Shown piece after piece: positions 38,485-47,530 of a stretch of 64,000 bases of DNA. Source of the DNA: Candidatus Doudnabacteria bacterium (GTDB lineage: Bacteria > Patescibacteriota > Doudnabacteria > UBA920); the NCBI GenBank assembly GCA_963837465.1, contig CAWINB010000004.1, forward strand, positions 138,853 through 202,852, read 5' to 3'. Numbering within the stretch: the stretch's first letter is position 1; the number at the start of each line of letters is the position of its first letter. The translations under genes and the position numbers were made by a program. A model generated the notes under the pieces. The model worked only from the letters and a program-made list of their open reading frames with translations, made no database searches and was not told the DNA's origin.

Positions 38485-39906
38485 ATGCAAAACCAAACCA
38501 ACCATTCAGACAAGGTAAGCCAAATTTCCAAAGAAGTCGCCGAAGCATTTAATAAAAAACAGCGGCTATATATTTTCCATAATTCATCCAATACCACAAG
38601 AGAAATCAATTTTAAGAAAGGGGCTGTGGTGGATGTTAGCGACCTTAACAAGGTCTTAGAAATAAACTCCGAGGAACAATATGCTATTGTTGAACCTAAT
38701 GTTTCAATGGGTAAGCTAGTTTCGGAAACCTTAAAGAAAGGGCTCGTGCCACCTGTTGTTATGGAATTTCCCGCTATAACCGTTGGCGGGGCCATACAGG
38801 GTGGCGCGGTGGAAAGCAATTCTTATAAGCATGGTTCTATACACCATTGTTGCGATGAATATGAAGTCGTTTTGGGCAATGGCCGAATAGTTAAATTATC
38901 ACCCACTGACAATCCAGAGTTGTTTTGGGGCTTGGCTTGTAGTTATGGTTCATTGGCAATTATCACTAAAGTAAAATTACGGTTAGTTAGAGCAGCCAAG
39001 TTTGTAAAAATCAGGTACATATTTACAGAAAATACCGTCAAAACCATTGAAACAATCAGGCTTGAAAAAAACAACTCAAAAACAGATTTTCTTGACGCTA
39101 TTTTGTTTGGTCAAAATAGTGGAGTGGTAATGGCCGGTGAAATGACAGATGTTTGCGGCCCCAACCAAAAACCGCTTACTTTTTCCAAGCCCAGCGATAA
39201 CTGGTTTTACCTGCACGTTCAGAGCAAGGTTCAAAAACAGGATTTTTTAGAAGAGTTATTGCCTTTAACCGAATATCTGTTCCGCTATAACCGCGGCGCA
39301 TTTTGGATGAGTAAATTTTATTTTGATTATTTTAAACTGCCTTTTACCAAAATAACCCGCCGTATTTTAAATCGTTGGCTGGACGCGAAAAATCTTTACC
39401 GGGCTCCGCACGCCGCTAACTTATCACAAATTTATATATTACAGGATTTTGACTTACCTTATAACAAAGTTATTGAATTCTTAGAGTATGTAAACCAGAG
39501 CCTGCCAACATATCCTTTGTGGCTTTGCCCATTATTGCCAACGTCGGAAAATGACAGGCTTGCCCCCAATCACATAGAAACCGACTTGGTTATAAATGTT
39601 GGGATATATACACAAATAGGCAATAATTACGAAAAATTTATTAAATTAAACAGGAGCTTGGAAACGCTGGCGGAACAGCTAAAAGGCAGAAAGATGCTTT
39701 ACGCCCACCAATATTATCCGGTAAATGAATTTTGGCGGATTTATGATAAAAATTGGTATGACGGCTTGCGCGCTAAATGCTTTGCCGGAAACATTTTTCC
39801 CGACGTCTATGAAAAAACGTTTGTTGATAAAAAATATAAAAGCAGGTTTTGGAAAGGTGTTTTTGAGTTATTAAAGTCACCGGATAAGTTAACCGTTAAA
39901 GAATAG
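38485..39906 (+). CDS. FAD-binding oxidoreductase, Delta24-sterol reductase (DHCR24)-like
   Basis: VEPNVSM, PPVVMEFPAITVGG, YLFRYNRGAFW, PLWLCP, K.LYA, FPDVYEK. Confidence 0.85.
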   Translation: MQNQTNHSDKVSQISKEVAEAFNKKQRLYIFHNSSNTTREINFKKGAVVDVSDLNKVLEINSEEQYAIVEPNVSMGKLVSETLKKGLVPPVVMEFPAITVGGAIQGGAVESNSYKHGSIHHCCDEYEVVLGNGRIVKLSPTDNPELFWGLACSYGSLAIITKVKLRLVRAAKFVKIRYIFTENTVKTIETIRLEKNNSKTDFLDAILFGQNSGVVMAGEMTDVCGPNQKPLTFSKPSDNWFYLHVQSKVQKQDFLEELLPLTEYLFRYNRGAFWMSKFYFDYFKLPFTKITRRILNRWLDAKNLYRAPHAANLSQIYILQDFDLPYNKVIEFLEYVNQSLPTYPLWLCPLLPTSENDRLAPNHIETDLVINVGIYTQIGNNYEKFIKLNRSLETLAEQLKGRKMLYAHQYYPVNEFWRIYDKNWYDGLRAKCFAGNIFPDVYEKTFVDKKYKSRFWKGVFELLKSPDKLTVKE

Positions 39907-40060
39907 CCAAAACCTATCTTAAAACTTTGCAAAGATGCAGTTCCTGCTCCAACTCAGCCCAGTTAAAGTTCTAAACGGCTTCAATAAGGGCAGGCTTGCC
40001 AAAACGGCCAAAACCGATTACAATAGTTGGTCGCGACTAATAAATTATTATCCCAGTATT

Positions 40061-40413
40061 ATGAAACAGATAAAAAAAGACACCAACCGCATACCGAAAG
40101 TCAATTCCCTTATCGAACATCGGTTGGGGCCGGTTTTGCATGAGTTTTTGTCCGGAGAACAGGGTTTGGTAACGATTTCCAAAGTGGAAACCAGCCGCGA
40201 TATGAAGTGGGCAAAAATCTGGATTTCCATTTTGGGCGGCGATGACGAAAAACTCATCAAACACATTAACGCCCATATTTATGAAATCCAGGGAGCGCTG
40301 AATGAAACATTCGCCACTAAAATTATTCCAAGGATCAGCTTTTTTTGGACACCAGTCCCAGGTACGCGCAGCATATAAGCGAGCTGATTGATAAAGTGCA
40401 TGGAGAAGAGTAG
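40061..40413 (+). CDS. rbfA: Ribosome-binding factor A (apparent frameshift in T7 run)
   Basis: VTISKVETSRDMKWAKIWIS; tail LDTSPRYAQHISELI restored by adding one T at ~40340. Confidence 0.88.
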
Positions 40414-40428
40414 ATTTACATAATACCC

Positions 40429-41379
40429 ATGCGTCACGAATTAGCCAAAGCCAAAAAGCTTATTGACGGCTCCAGTCGCGTACTGCTGGCCATGCACGAG
40501 CGCATGGACGGCGATGACGGCGGCGCGCTTTTGGCCGTGGCCGCGCATTTGGAAAAAATGGGTAAAATAGTCACGTGCGTTATAAAAAAAGGCGTCCCGC
40601 CGAACCTGGCCTTTCTGCCAGGCAGTCATAAAATAGCCGATGACATTGAGACAACTGATTTTGACCTGCTTATTACCTTTGGCTGCTCTTCCATCAGCCG
40701 CACAGGCAGTGAAAAAATTATGGGTTTAAAACTTCCCATTATAAATATTGACCACCATCCCGACAACGCGAACTTTGGCAGCGTTAATTTGGTGGATCCT
40801 AAAAAATCCTCGGTAGCCGAACTGGTTTATGATTTTTTTATTTCCTGCCGCTGGCCGATAACCAAAGACATTGCCACCTGCCTGCTAACCGGCATTGTAA
40901 CCGACACTGGTTCGTTTATGCACAGCAACACCCAGAGTTCCACTTTAAAAGCGGCTGCCTATCTTATGAGCAAAGGCGCGCGCATGGGAAAAATTATCAA
41001 GCAAACTTATAAAAGCAAAACGCCGCAAATTTTAAAAGCCTGGGGTAAGGCCATGGAAAATTCCTACTACGACCAAAAGCATAAAATAATTTATTCCGTA
41101 ATGACGGAAAAAGACTTGTCCGAGTTCCGTTCTCTGCCGCAGGCGGCTTTTGAAGGTTTTGCCGAAACTTTAAATACCGTTGCCGAGGCCAAGTTCGCGA
41201 TGTTTTTGCGCCAGGACGGTGAGATTATCAAGGGTAGTTTAAGGAGCGATATTTTTAAGGATATTGATGTTTCCAAAATCGCCCACATCTTCGGCGGCGG
41301 CGGCCACAAATTGGCGTCGGGTTTTTCCGTGGCCGGGAAACTGATGAAGGATGAACAGGGGAAGTGGCGCGTTGTGTAA
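40429..41379 (+). CDS. nrnA: DHH-family oligoribonuclease/pAp phosphatase NrnA
   Basis: DGD, IDHH, TDTGSF, GGGGH. Confidence 0.9.
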   Translation: MRHELAKAKKLIDGSSRVLLAMHERMDGDDGGALLAVAAHLEKMGKIVTCVIKKGVPPNLAFLPGSHKIADDIETTDFDLLITFGCSSISRTGSEKIMGLKLPIINIDHHPDNANFGSVNLVDPKKSSVAELVYDFFISCRWPITKDIATCLLTGIVTDTGSFMHSNTQSSTLKAAAYLMSKGARMGKIIKQTYKSKTPQILKAWGKAMENSYYDQKHKIIYSVMTEKDLSEFRSLPQAAFEGFAETLNTVAEAKFAMFLRQDGEIIKGSLRSDIFKDIDVSKIAHIFGGGGHKLASGFSVAGKLMKDEQGKWRVV

Positions 41380-41434
41380 GCCGCTGATTGGTCGCGGATT
41401 AGTACGCTGATATGACGCTGAATTTAAGTTGCGT

Positions 41435-41540
41435 CCATCCCTGAATTTTTTCGGCACCTCCGCCGAAGCCTTGCTCGCCCGCCGTAGCTTTAGCGAAGGA
41501 GGGGCGTAGGTGGAAGGGCTGTAAAAATTCAGGGATCCAG
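41435..41540. repeat. Nested composite REP-like element
   Basis: Reverse-complement homolog of 53207-53283 with an extra 29-nt unit inserted. Confidence 0.75.
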
Positions 41541-41605
41541 AAGCTAATGCCTAAAAAAATACCCGGGGTCTTCCGGGTATTTTTTGTTCCTACTATATCT
41601 ATAGT

Positions 41606-42184
41606 CTACGGTAATTGAGCTCTTGGATATTGTTTCATTATTTCCGCGGATTTTATCAAACTCTGTAAAAATCCGTCAATTTTTTTATGGTAAGATTCGT
41701 CCAGTAGTTTGCCGCTGTCGTCAAAAGTATTCTGAACTGTGCCAAAGCCCACGGTTTCCCGTATGGAAAACATGGAAAAATTTTCCATTATGGGGCGGAG
41801 TTGTTCAATGGCCCGGCTGCCCGCGATTGTACCGGAAGACGTCCCGACCAAACCAACCGGCTTATGGTCAAATTCCAGGTACAGCCAGTCAAAAGCATTT
41901 TTTAGCACCGCTGAGTAGCCATGGTTGTATTCCGGGGCGATGACCACAAAAGCATCGGCTTTGTAAGCAACCCCGCTCCATTTTTGCACGTTAGGATACG
42001 GATACTTTCCCTTAAGCTGAACCGGCAACAGCGCGGAATCAAAAAACGGCAAAGGTAATTCCTTAAAATCCACCAACTCCGATGTATGTCCCAAAGCCGT
42101 GATTTTCTCCACCATCAACCTGGCCGGAAAAATACTTTTCCCGCCCTCACGCACGGAGCCCAGGATTACGGGGATGTTCAGCAT
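41606..42184 (-). CDS. NAD(P)H-dependent FMN reductase
   Basis: ILGSVR, PEYNHGYSAVLKNAFD. Confidence 0.92.
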   Translation of the reverse strand: MLNIPVILGSVREGGKSIFPARLMVEKITALGHTSELVDFKELPLPFFDSALLPVQLKGKYPYPNVQKWSGVAYKADAFVVIAPEYNHGYSAVLKNAFDWLYLEFDHKPVGLVGTSSGTIAGSRAIEQLRPIMENFSMFSIRETVGFGTVQNTFDDSGKLLDESYHKKIDGFLQSLIKSAEIMKQYPRAQLP

Positions 42185-42188
42185 AAGG

Positions 42189-42669
42189 CTATTTTGATCT
42201 TCCATAAGACTGCTCGATGAGATTAAAAAAATAATTAATATCTTCGGCTTTATCTAAAATAAGTTCAGTTTCCCCAGTCCCAGAATGACCCAACTCTTTT
42301 ACATTACGTGATACACTTTTTGGATCATCAAGCTCTGACTTAGGAATGTTTATATGAATTTTAAGCTTGTCTTTTTGGAATTCAAAAGATACAAAATTTT
42401 TTCTTGTCCAATAGACGATGTAGTATTTACGAGGCCTTTCTTCCACGCCATCAAGTTGTGCAATTTTGTCTCTTAAAGGCAGAAAAAGATCTTTCGCCTT
42501 ATTACTTGCGCTGTCTAAAATCATGAAGTGGAAACTCTGCACTTACAAGATTCAATCCAAACACTGTTTCCAAATTTAATTCTGTAAGTTTTTGAATATC
42601 TTTTTCAAGGCCAATATCCTTTCCCCGTACAGGAATCAGCTTTAAGTTTTTTATATCAAAAATCGCCAT
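42189..42669 (-). pseudogene. DUF5655-domain protein with deleted N-terminal nuclease-like domain
   Basis: N-terminal MAIF..LEKDIQKL.E.NL stops after 55 aa; C-terminal DUF5655-like LDDPK..RNV..GH.GTG in other frame. Confidence 0.65.
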
Positions 42670-42682
42670 AGTATTATATAAA

Positions 42683-42768
42683 TGGTGCCCGGGAGAGGAA
42701 TCGAACCTCCATGTCCTTGCGGACGCTGCCACCTCAAGGCAGTGCGGCTGCCGTTACGCCACCCGGGC
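42683..42768 (-). tRNA. tRNA-Leu(GAG)
   Basis: Cloverleaf GCCCGGG...CTGCC-TTGAGGT-GGCAG, long variable arm, GGTTCGATTCC, encoded CCA. Confidence 0.96.
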
Positions 42769-42835
42769 TAAAATTAAATTAACTTATCAATTATAGCTAA
42801 AGAGGGCTTTATTTTCAAGTGGAGGGTCGTCTCGG

Positions 42836-42887
42836 TGTAGTTGCCCGATTTATCGGGCTTTGAGGCTCAATAAATTGAGCAACTACA
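42836..42887. repeat. GTAG-type REP doublet
   Basis: tgtagttgcccgatttatcgggc...gctcaataaattgagcaactaca. Confidence 0.75.
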
Positions 42888-42945
42888 AGCTTTGTTTCAA
42901 TGGTATCTCTTTACAAAATTCCCAAAACCCGCCAAACTTATAGAT

Positions 42946-43866
42946 ATGTTACTGGAAATTCCAAAAAATTTTTCGGACTTTGAGTTGATAGACACCGGCG
43001 ATGGTTACAGGCTGGAGCGCTGGGGGCAGGTTATTTTGGCGCGGCCGGATCCGCAAATTATTTGGCCACGATCACTACCGAGCGACCAGTGGAATTCCGC
43101 CTGGGCGGTTTTTTCCGCCGGAGGCGGATCCGCCTTTGGCGGAAAAAATAAAGCCGCCGGAGAAAAAGGCCGATGGGAAATAAAAAAACCAATGCCAAAC
43201 CCTTGGATTGTAAATTTTGATGATGTGAAATTTTTACTCAAGCTCTCTCCGTTTAAGCATACGGGCTTGTTCGCGGAGCAGGCCGCCCAATGGGAGTGGA
43301 TGTCGTTAAGGATAAAAGATTCCTCCTTCACTAAAGTTTCGGCGGACAAGAAAGGATTAAGGATACTAAACCTCTTTGCTTACACCGGCGGCGCGACAAT
43401 GGTTTTGGCCAAGGCCGGCTGGCGTGTTACGCATGTGGATGCTTCCAAGCCGGCTATAACCTGGGCCAATGAAAATCATAAATTAAATAACTTGCCGGCT
43501 GACTCTGTCCGCTGGATTTTGGACGACGCGGCAAAATTTGTCGGCCGGGAACTAAAAAGAGGTGCCAAGTATGATGCCATAATTATGGATCCTCCCGCTT
43601 TTGGTCATTCGCCCACAGGCAAGATTTGGAAATTTAACAATGACCTGCCGGGCTTGCTTGCCGACTGCGTTTCCCTGCTGTCGCCCGAAGCTAAATTTTT
43701 AATCATCAACGGCTACGCCACAAATTCCTCGGCCTTGTCTTTAAATAATTTATTGGAAGATGTAATTGCCGCCAAAGACGGTAAGATAGAATTTGGTGAG
43801 TTATGCCTAAAGCAACAATCCGAACGAATGATATCAACCGGAATATTCACCCGATGGAGTATTTAG
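42946..43866 (+). CDS. Class I SAM-dependent methyltransferase (RlmI/RlmK-related)
   Basis: RPDPQ, FKHTGLFAEQ, LNLFAYTGG, DPPAFG. Confidence 0.9.
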   Translation: MLLEIPKNFSDFELIDTGDGYRLERWGQVILARPDPQIIWPRSLPSDQWNSAWAVFSAGGGSAFGGKNKAAGEKGRWEIKKPMPNPWIVNFDDVKFLLKLSPFKHTGLFAEQAAQWEWMSLRIKDSSFTKVSADKKGLRILNLFAYTGGATMVLAKAGWRVTHVDASKPAITWANENHKLNNLPADSVRWILDDAAKFVGRELKRGAKYDAIIMDPPAFGHSPTGKIWKFNNDLPGLLADCVSLLSPEAKFLIINGYATNSSALSLNNLLEDVIAAKDGKIEFGELCLKQQSERMISTGIFTRWSI

Positions 43867-43927
43867 AAAAGCCTATCTTAAAAACAGCGCCGGTCTGGCC
43901 GGCGCTGTTTTATTATTAAAATTCCTG

Positions 43928-44473
43928 TTAGATTTCCGTGGGGTCTGCTATTGATCTTCCCAGGACTATCAAAAATAACAATGGCGCGATAAGCCAGATA
44001 AATCCGGCCGAAGGGGAAAGAAAAATAAATGTTATGAGGCTGGAAAAAGTTTTGCCCGAGGCGGCCAGGTAACCCAGCACGGTGTTAATAAGCAGGCCGA
44101 TCTGCAGGATGGAAAAGACAATGGCAAAAGGGATGGAAGCAAAGTGCCGGCCGTCGGCCGAGGTGCGGAAAGCGTAGCGCGACAGCAGCACAAACAGCAC
44201 AATAAAAATAAGCAAAAAACTCACCAGTTCCTGCAGTCCGGCCAGCGCTCCGGGCAGATTTTGATTTAAGGCCGAGGTCAGCCACGGCGCTTCCAGCACC
44301 AAAAGTTTGGCAATATATAAACTCATAAGCAGGCCGATAATCCGTCCCCTGCCCGCGGCAAAAGCGTAAAATACGCTGGCCACGAGCCAAAACAGCAAAA
44401 TAAACAAATCCCAGCTGGGAGCCCGCCAGTTAAAATTATTTATTATTTGATTGGCATCCGCGACGGAAACCAT
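43928..44473 (-). CDS. Multi-TM membrane protein (CvpA-like)
   Basis: Five hydrophobic segments. Confidence 0.75.
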   Translation of the reverse strand: MVSVADANQIINNFNWRAPSWDLFILLFWLVASVFYAFAAGRGRIIGLLMSLYIAKLLVLEAPWLTSALNQNLPGALAGLQELVSFLLIFIVLFVLLSRYAFRTSADGRHFASIPFAIVFSILQIGLLINTVLGYLAASGKTFSSLITFIFLSPSAGFIWLIAPLLFLIVLGRSIADPTEI

Positions 44474-44495
44474 GGCTGTATTTTTTTATTTCTTT

Positions 44496-44593
44496 ACCCG
44501 CCAAAATTTTGCGTAAAAATTTAGGGAGTTTAACGGTAGATTTTATTTAAGTCATCAGGCCCCATAAACTTATTGGACAAAATTTAGGCGGGT
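44496..44593. repeat. Family B inverted-repeat element, copy 1
   Basis: acccgccaaaattttg...caaaatttaggcgggt; homolog at 63779-63884. Confidence 0.7.
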
Positions 44594-44628
44594 TAATTTC
44601 CTTAATTATAGCATAAACGCTGGTGGCC

Positions 44629-45390
44629 TTAGCTTTTAATTTTTTCGGCCGGACAAAAATCCCAAATTAGGTTAAACCAGGTGCGGAAGGTATCGGCTAA
44701 TTGAGGATGCTTCATTACAAAAATAGTTACGTTCTCGCCGACGTTGCCAATATCCACGCTGGTAAAGGTAACTATGTAATCGCCGAACATATCGGTTACT
44801 CCGGGTGTGGGATATTTTTTTGGCAAAATTTTGTATTCGCCTCCGACATTCTTGATCGCTTCGGGGATGCGTTCTTTTACGCGGTAATCGTAAAGTGTAA
44901 AATATTTTTTGTTTTTACGCTTCATTGCGGCCTGAAAATCTTCCAGGTACTGTCTGTCTATGCTGGGCGTGAACCACAAAGCTTTGGCGCCTAAAAAATA
45001 AGTGTCTTCGGCCACACGAGTCATATCGCGCATATAATTTTTATAACCTTCCAGACCTTTATAAATGTAAGCCGCTTCTTGTAAAGGTGTGCTTTGGTAA
45101 AGTTTGTTTAAGTCCGGTAAAATTTGGAATAATTTTTTTTCCTTTTCTTCCAAAACCTCGGCAAGTTTGTTAGGCGTAACGGCCCTGAATTGGTTCTCCC
45201 CTTTTTGGAAAATCCGAAAAACCAATCCTTTTTCTATAAGCCGGTTTAAAGCATCATAAACATTCCGCCTATGCACATTGGCCTTAAGCGAAATATCCGA
45301 AACCCCGACTTCCCCGGCAGAAAGCAAAGTCTCATAAATCTTAGCCTCATTAGGACTAAGCCCAATTTCCTCAAAAACCTCTGTGTACAT
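44629..45390 (-). CDS. TrmB-like transcriptional regulator 4
   Basis: GLSPNEAKIYETLL, HRRNVYDALNRL, YKGLEG, FRTWFNLIW. Confidence 0.9.
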   Translation of the reverse strand: MYTEVFEEIGLSPNEAKIYETLLSAGEVGVSDISLKANVHRRNVYDALNRLIEKGLVFRIFQKGENQFRAVTPNKLAEVLEEKEKKLFQILPDLNKLYQSTPLQEAAYIYKGLEGYKNYMRDMTRVAEDTYFLGAKALWFTPSIDRQYLEDFQAAMKRKNKKYFTLYDYRVKERIPEAIKNVGGEYKILPKKYPTPGVTDMFGDYIVTFTSVDIGNVGENVTIFVMKHPQLADTFRTWFNLIWDFCPAEKIKS

Positions 45391-45400
45391 AAAGTTCGGT

Positions 45401-45486
45401 GTCATTGCGAGGAGGCCAGGGCTTTGGCTAACCGACGCGGCAATCTTTTTACACGATAAGATTGCTTCGGCTGCACTCGCAATGAC
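45401..45486. repeat. REP-like element (gtcattgcgagg...ctcgcaatgac type)
   Basis: Terminal IR gtcattgcgag/ctcgcaatgac, inner gcaatc/gattgc. Confidence 0.8.
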
Positions 45487-45620
45487 TTATAATTAAGCCT
45501 GTTTTATATAATGGTGCTAACAATCACCCTATGGTGCTCTTGGCCACTCATAAAATATATCTTATGCTATTTGGTCACCATTGTCAAGCAAACGGCTTGG
45601 TAGGTGCGGGAGGAGGATGC

Positions 45621-46049
45621 ATGATTCTGAATTTTCGTATGGAGGTACCTGAGGGCCCGAGTTATGTAGATCCAGTTGAGTTACTAAATAAGACTGTCAG
45701 TAAACCGCTTAGTGAATTTGTCGCTAAATTTCAGTTAGGGAGTTTTAAAGATGTAGGCGAATGCCTCTTGTCAGATGACAAGACGGTCTGTGCTTTTTAC
45801 ATTCGAAGCTTCTATAGCTATATGAATTCAGTCATGTGCTACTTTGAAAAGGATGGGAGCGCAAGATTTGTCAGACTGACCACAGAGGGACACGCTAACA
45901 TATTGGCGGGGAGTTGGACTTTTGTAGTTTACATGATAATCCCATTCCTCCAAGAATTGGCGACCGCAAAACAAAAGATGAAAAAACAGAGCGATGTCTT
46001 GGAGATGGTTGCCGAGACTCTCAAGCAAGGAATGAGGGAGATTCTATGA
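45621..46049 (+). CDS. Hypothetical protein (orphan)
   Basis: SD ggaggagg; ATGA coupling to next gene. Confidence 0.65.
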   Translation: MILNFRMEVPEGPSYVDPVELLNKTVSKPLSEFVAKFQLGSFKDVGECLLSDDKTVCAFYIRSFYSYMNSVMCYFEKDGSARFVRLTTEGHANILAGSWTFVVYMIIPFLQELATAKQKMKKQSDVLEMVAETLKQGMREIL

Positions 46050-46840
46050 TTGCCAATTACTCTTTACAAGCGGTGGAAGCTCCACTCCGGAAGAAACAGC
46101 AAAGTGCACTTGTCCCAATCATAGACATCGTGCGCCATGGGGAGACGAAGCGAAAACAACATCGCTTAGGCGCCCTGCATAAAACGCTCGATGTTGGTGA
46201 TCACAATGCGGCTCTGGATGATGAAAACTTGGATTTGACCGATGAGGGTATAAGGACAATTCAGTTGTCCGCCGGCCAACTTCTGGGAAGGATCGCGAGG
46301 GATAAAGAAGTAATACTCATAGTCAGTTCTCGTTCGTGGCGGGCTCACAGTTCGGCTTTGGTTATAGAGGACATGCTTAGAAAAGCAGGCATAAGAATCC
46401 TTAACTTGCCTAGGCAATTCAAATTTTTCTGGGCTCTGAATGAGTTGCTGGCTCACGAAAAAAAGCTGGAGGCCATTCGTAACACCGGCGAGCTCATTCC
46501 GCTTGAGCAAACTTTTGCCATTGAAGCTTTGGGTTTTTACAGATTTCTTCGCCACATGAATAATATTTACAAGTGGTTAAAACCCGAAACGATGTTGATG
46601 CTAAAAGACAAGCGCTTGCGGATTATCTGTACAACTCATCAAGAAATCACTCTGAGAGTCATTGAAGATTGCTTCGGCTGGACGGCAGAGCCACAAGGTA
46701 AAGGGCAAATTTTAGAGATCGTCCCAACTTCACAACTCTGTTCCAATAGCAGTGTGGCTACAAGAGTAGAATTATTACCAAACAAGCAACGTCCCGTAAA
46801 ATGTGAAGCTAAGGTAATTTTAAGAAAATTTAGCCATTAA
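46046..46840 (+). CDS. Histidine phosphatase superfamily protein
   Basis: IVRHGE, LTDEG, SS..WRA, late TH. Confidence 0.75.
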   Translation: MIANYSLQAVEAPLRKKQQSALVPIIDIVRHGETKRKQHRLGALHKTLDVGDHNAALDDENLDLTDEGIRTIQLSAGQLLGRIARDKEVILIVSSRSWRAHSSALVIEDMLRKAGIRILNLPRQFKFFWALNELLAHEKKLEAIRNTGELIPLEQTFAIEALGFYRFLRHMNNIYKWLKPETMLMLKDKRLRIICTTHQEITLRVIEDCFGWTAEPQGKGQILEIVPTSQLCSNSSVATRVELLPNKQRPVKCEAKVILRKFSH

Positions 46841-46856
46841 GAATGGGGGAAACAAA

Positions 46857-47423
46857 GTGTCAATTTGGTTGAAGTATCTTGCGTTCTACTTAACTGGCGT
46901 GGCAATTGCTGTGGCCTCGCCTAAACCTCAACTCATTGAGTCCTTGGGAATTCTGGGGCCGGTAACGCTTACGGCGCTGTTCGCATCGTTGCTCGTGCCG
47001 TTTGCAGGACTTTCGGCGAACGAGCGAGTTCAGAAGTTCGCTCTACAATTTGCCATTGTGCCGCTGTTTGGGCTCTATACTGTTACATTGTGGTATACGG
47101 CGAACTTGGGCGGTATTGCGCTATTTGTATGCGCGGCGGGTGTCCATGTTTCTTACTGGACGACTAGCTACCATTCCCGGCAGTATCGGCTGGAACAGTG
47201 CCGGCTGGGCTTTGGACAAATGAAGGCGCTGCCATTACTTGTGGCACGCTTGAACGGCTCCGGCTTGGCGCATGTGGCAGACGAGGCTATCGTAGCGCCG
47301 CTGTTGACAGGACGGCCTCCGAATCTGAGTTTGGTGAAGAATATGTTGCCTAACTCGGGTAGGCTTGTGAAATTAGCCGAAGATGAGGTCTTACAAGTTT
47401 ACCAGCTTACGGCAGGCGTCTGA
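46857..47423 (+). CDS. Hypothetical membrane protein (orphan)
   Basis: GTG start with ggggg SD; four hydrophobic segments. Confidence 0.65.
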   Translation: MSIWLKYLAFYLTGVAIAVASPKPQLIESLGILGPVTLTALFASLLVPFAGLSANERVQKFALQFAIVPLFGLYTVTLWYTANLGGIALFVCAAGVHVSYWTTSYHSRQYRLEQCRLGFGQMKALPLLVARLNGSGLAHVADEAIVAPLLTGRPPNLSLVKNMLPNSGRLVKLAEDEVLQVYQLTAGV

Positions 47424-47530
47424 ACATTTAGATTCGGGGAAAAGGAGGAAAATTAACGACACGACAGAAACAATCAAAAAGGCGACGGATGGCCCATACT
47501 ACCGTCGCCTTTTACTTTTTATATTTAGGA

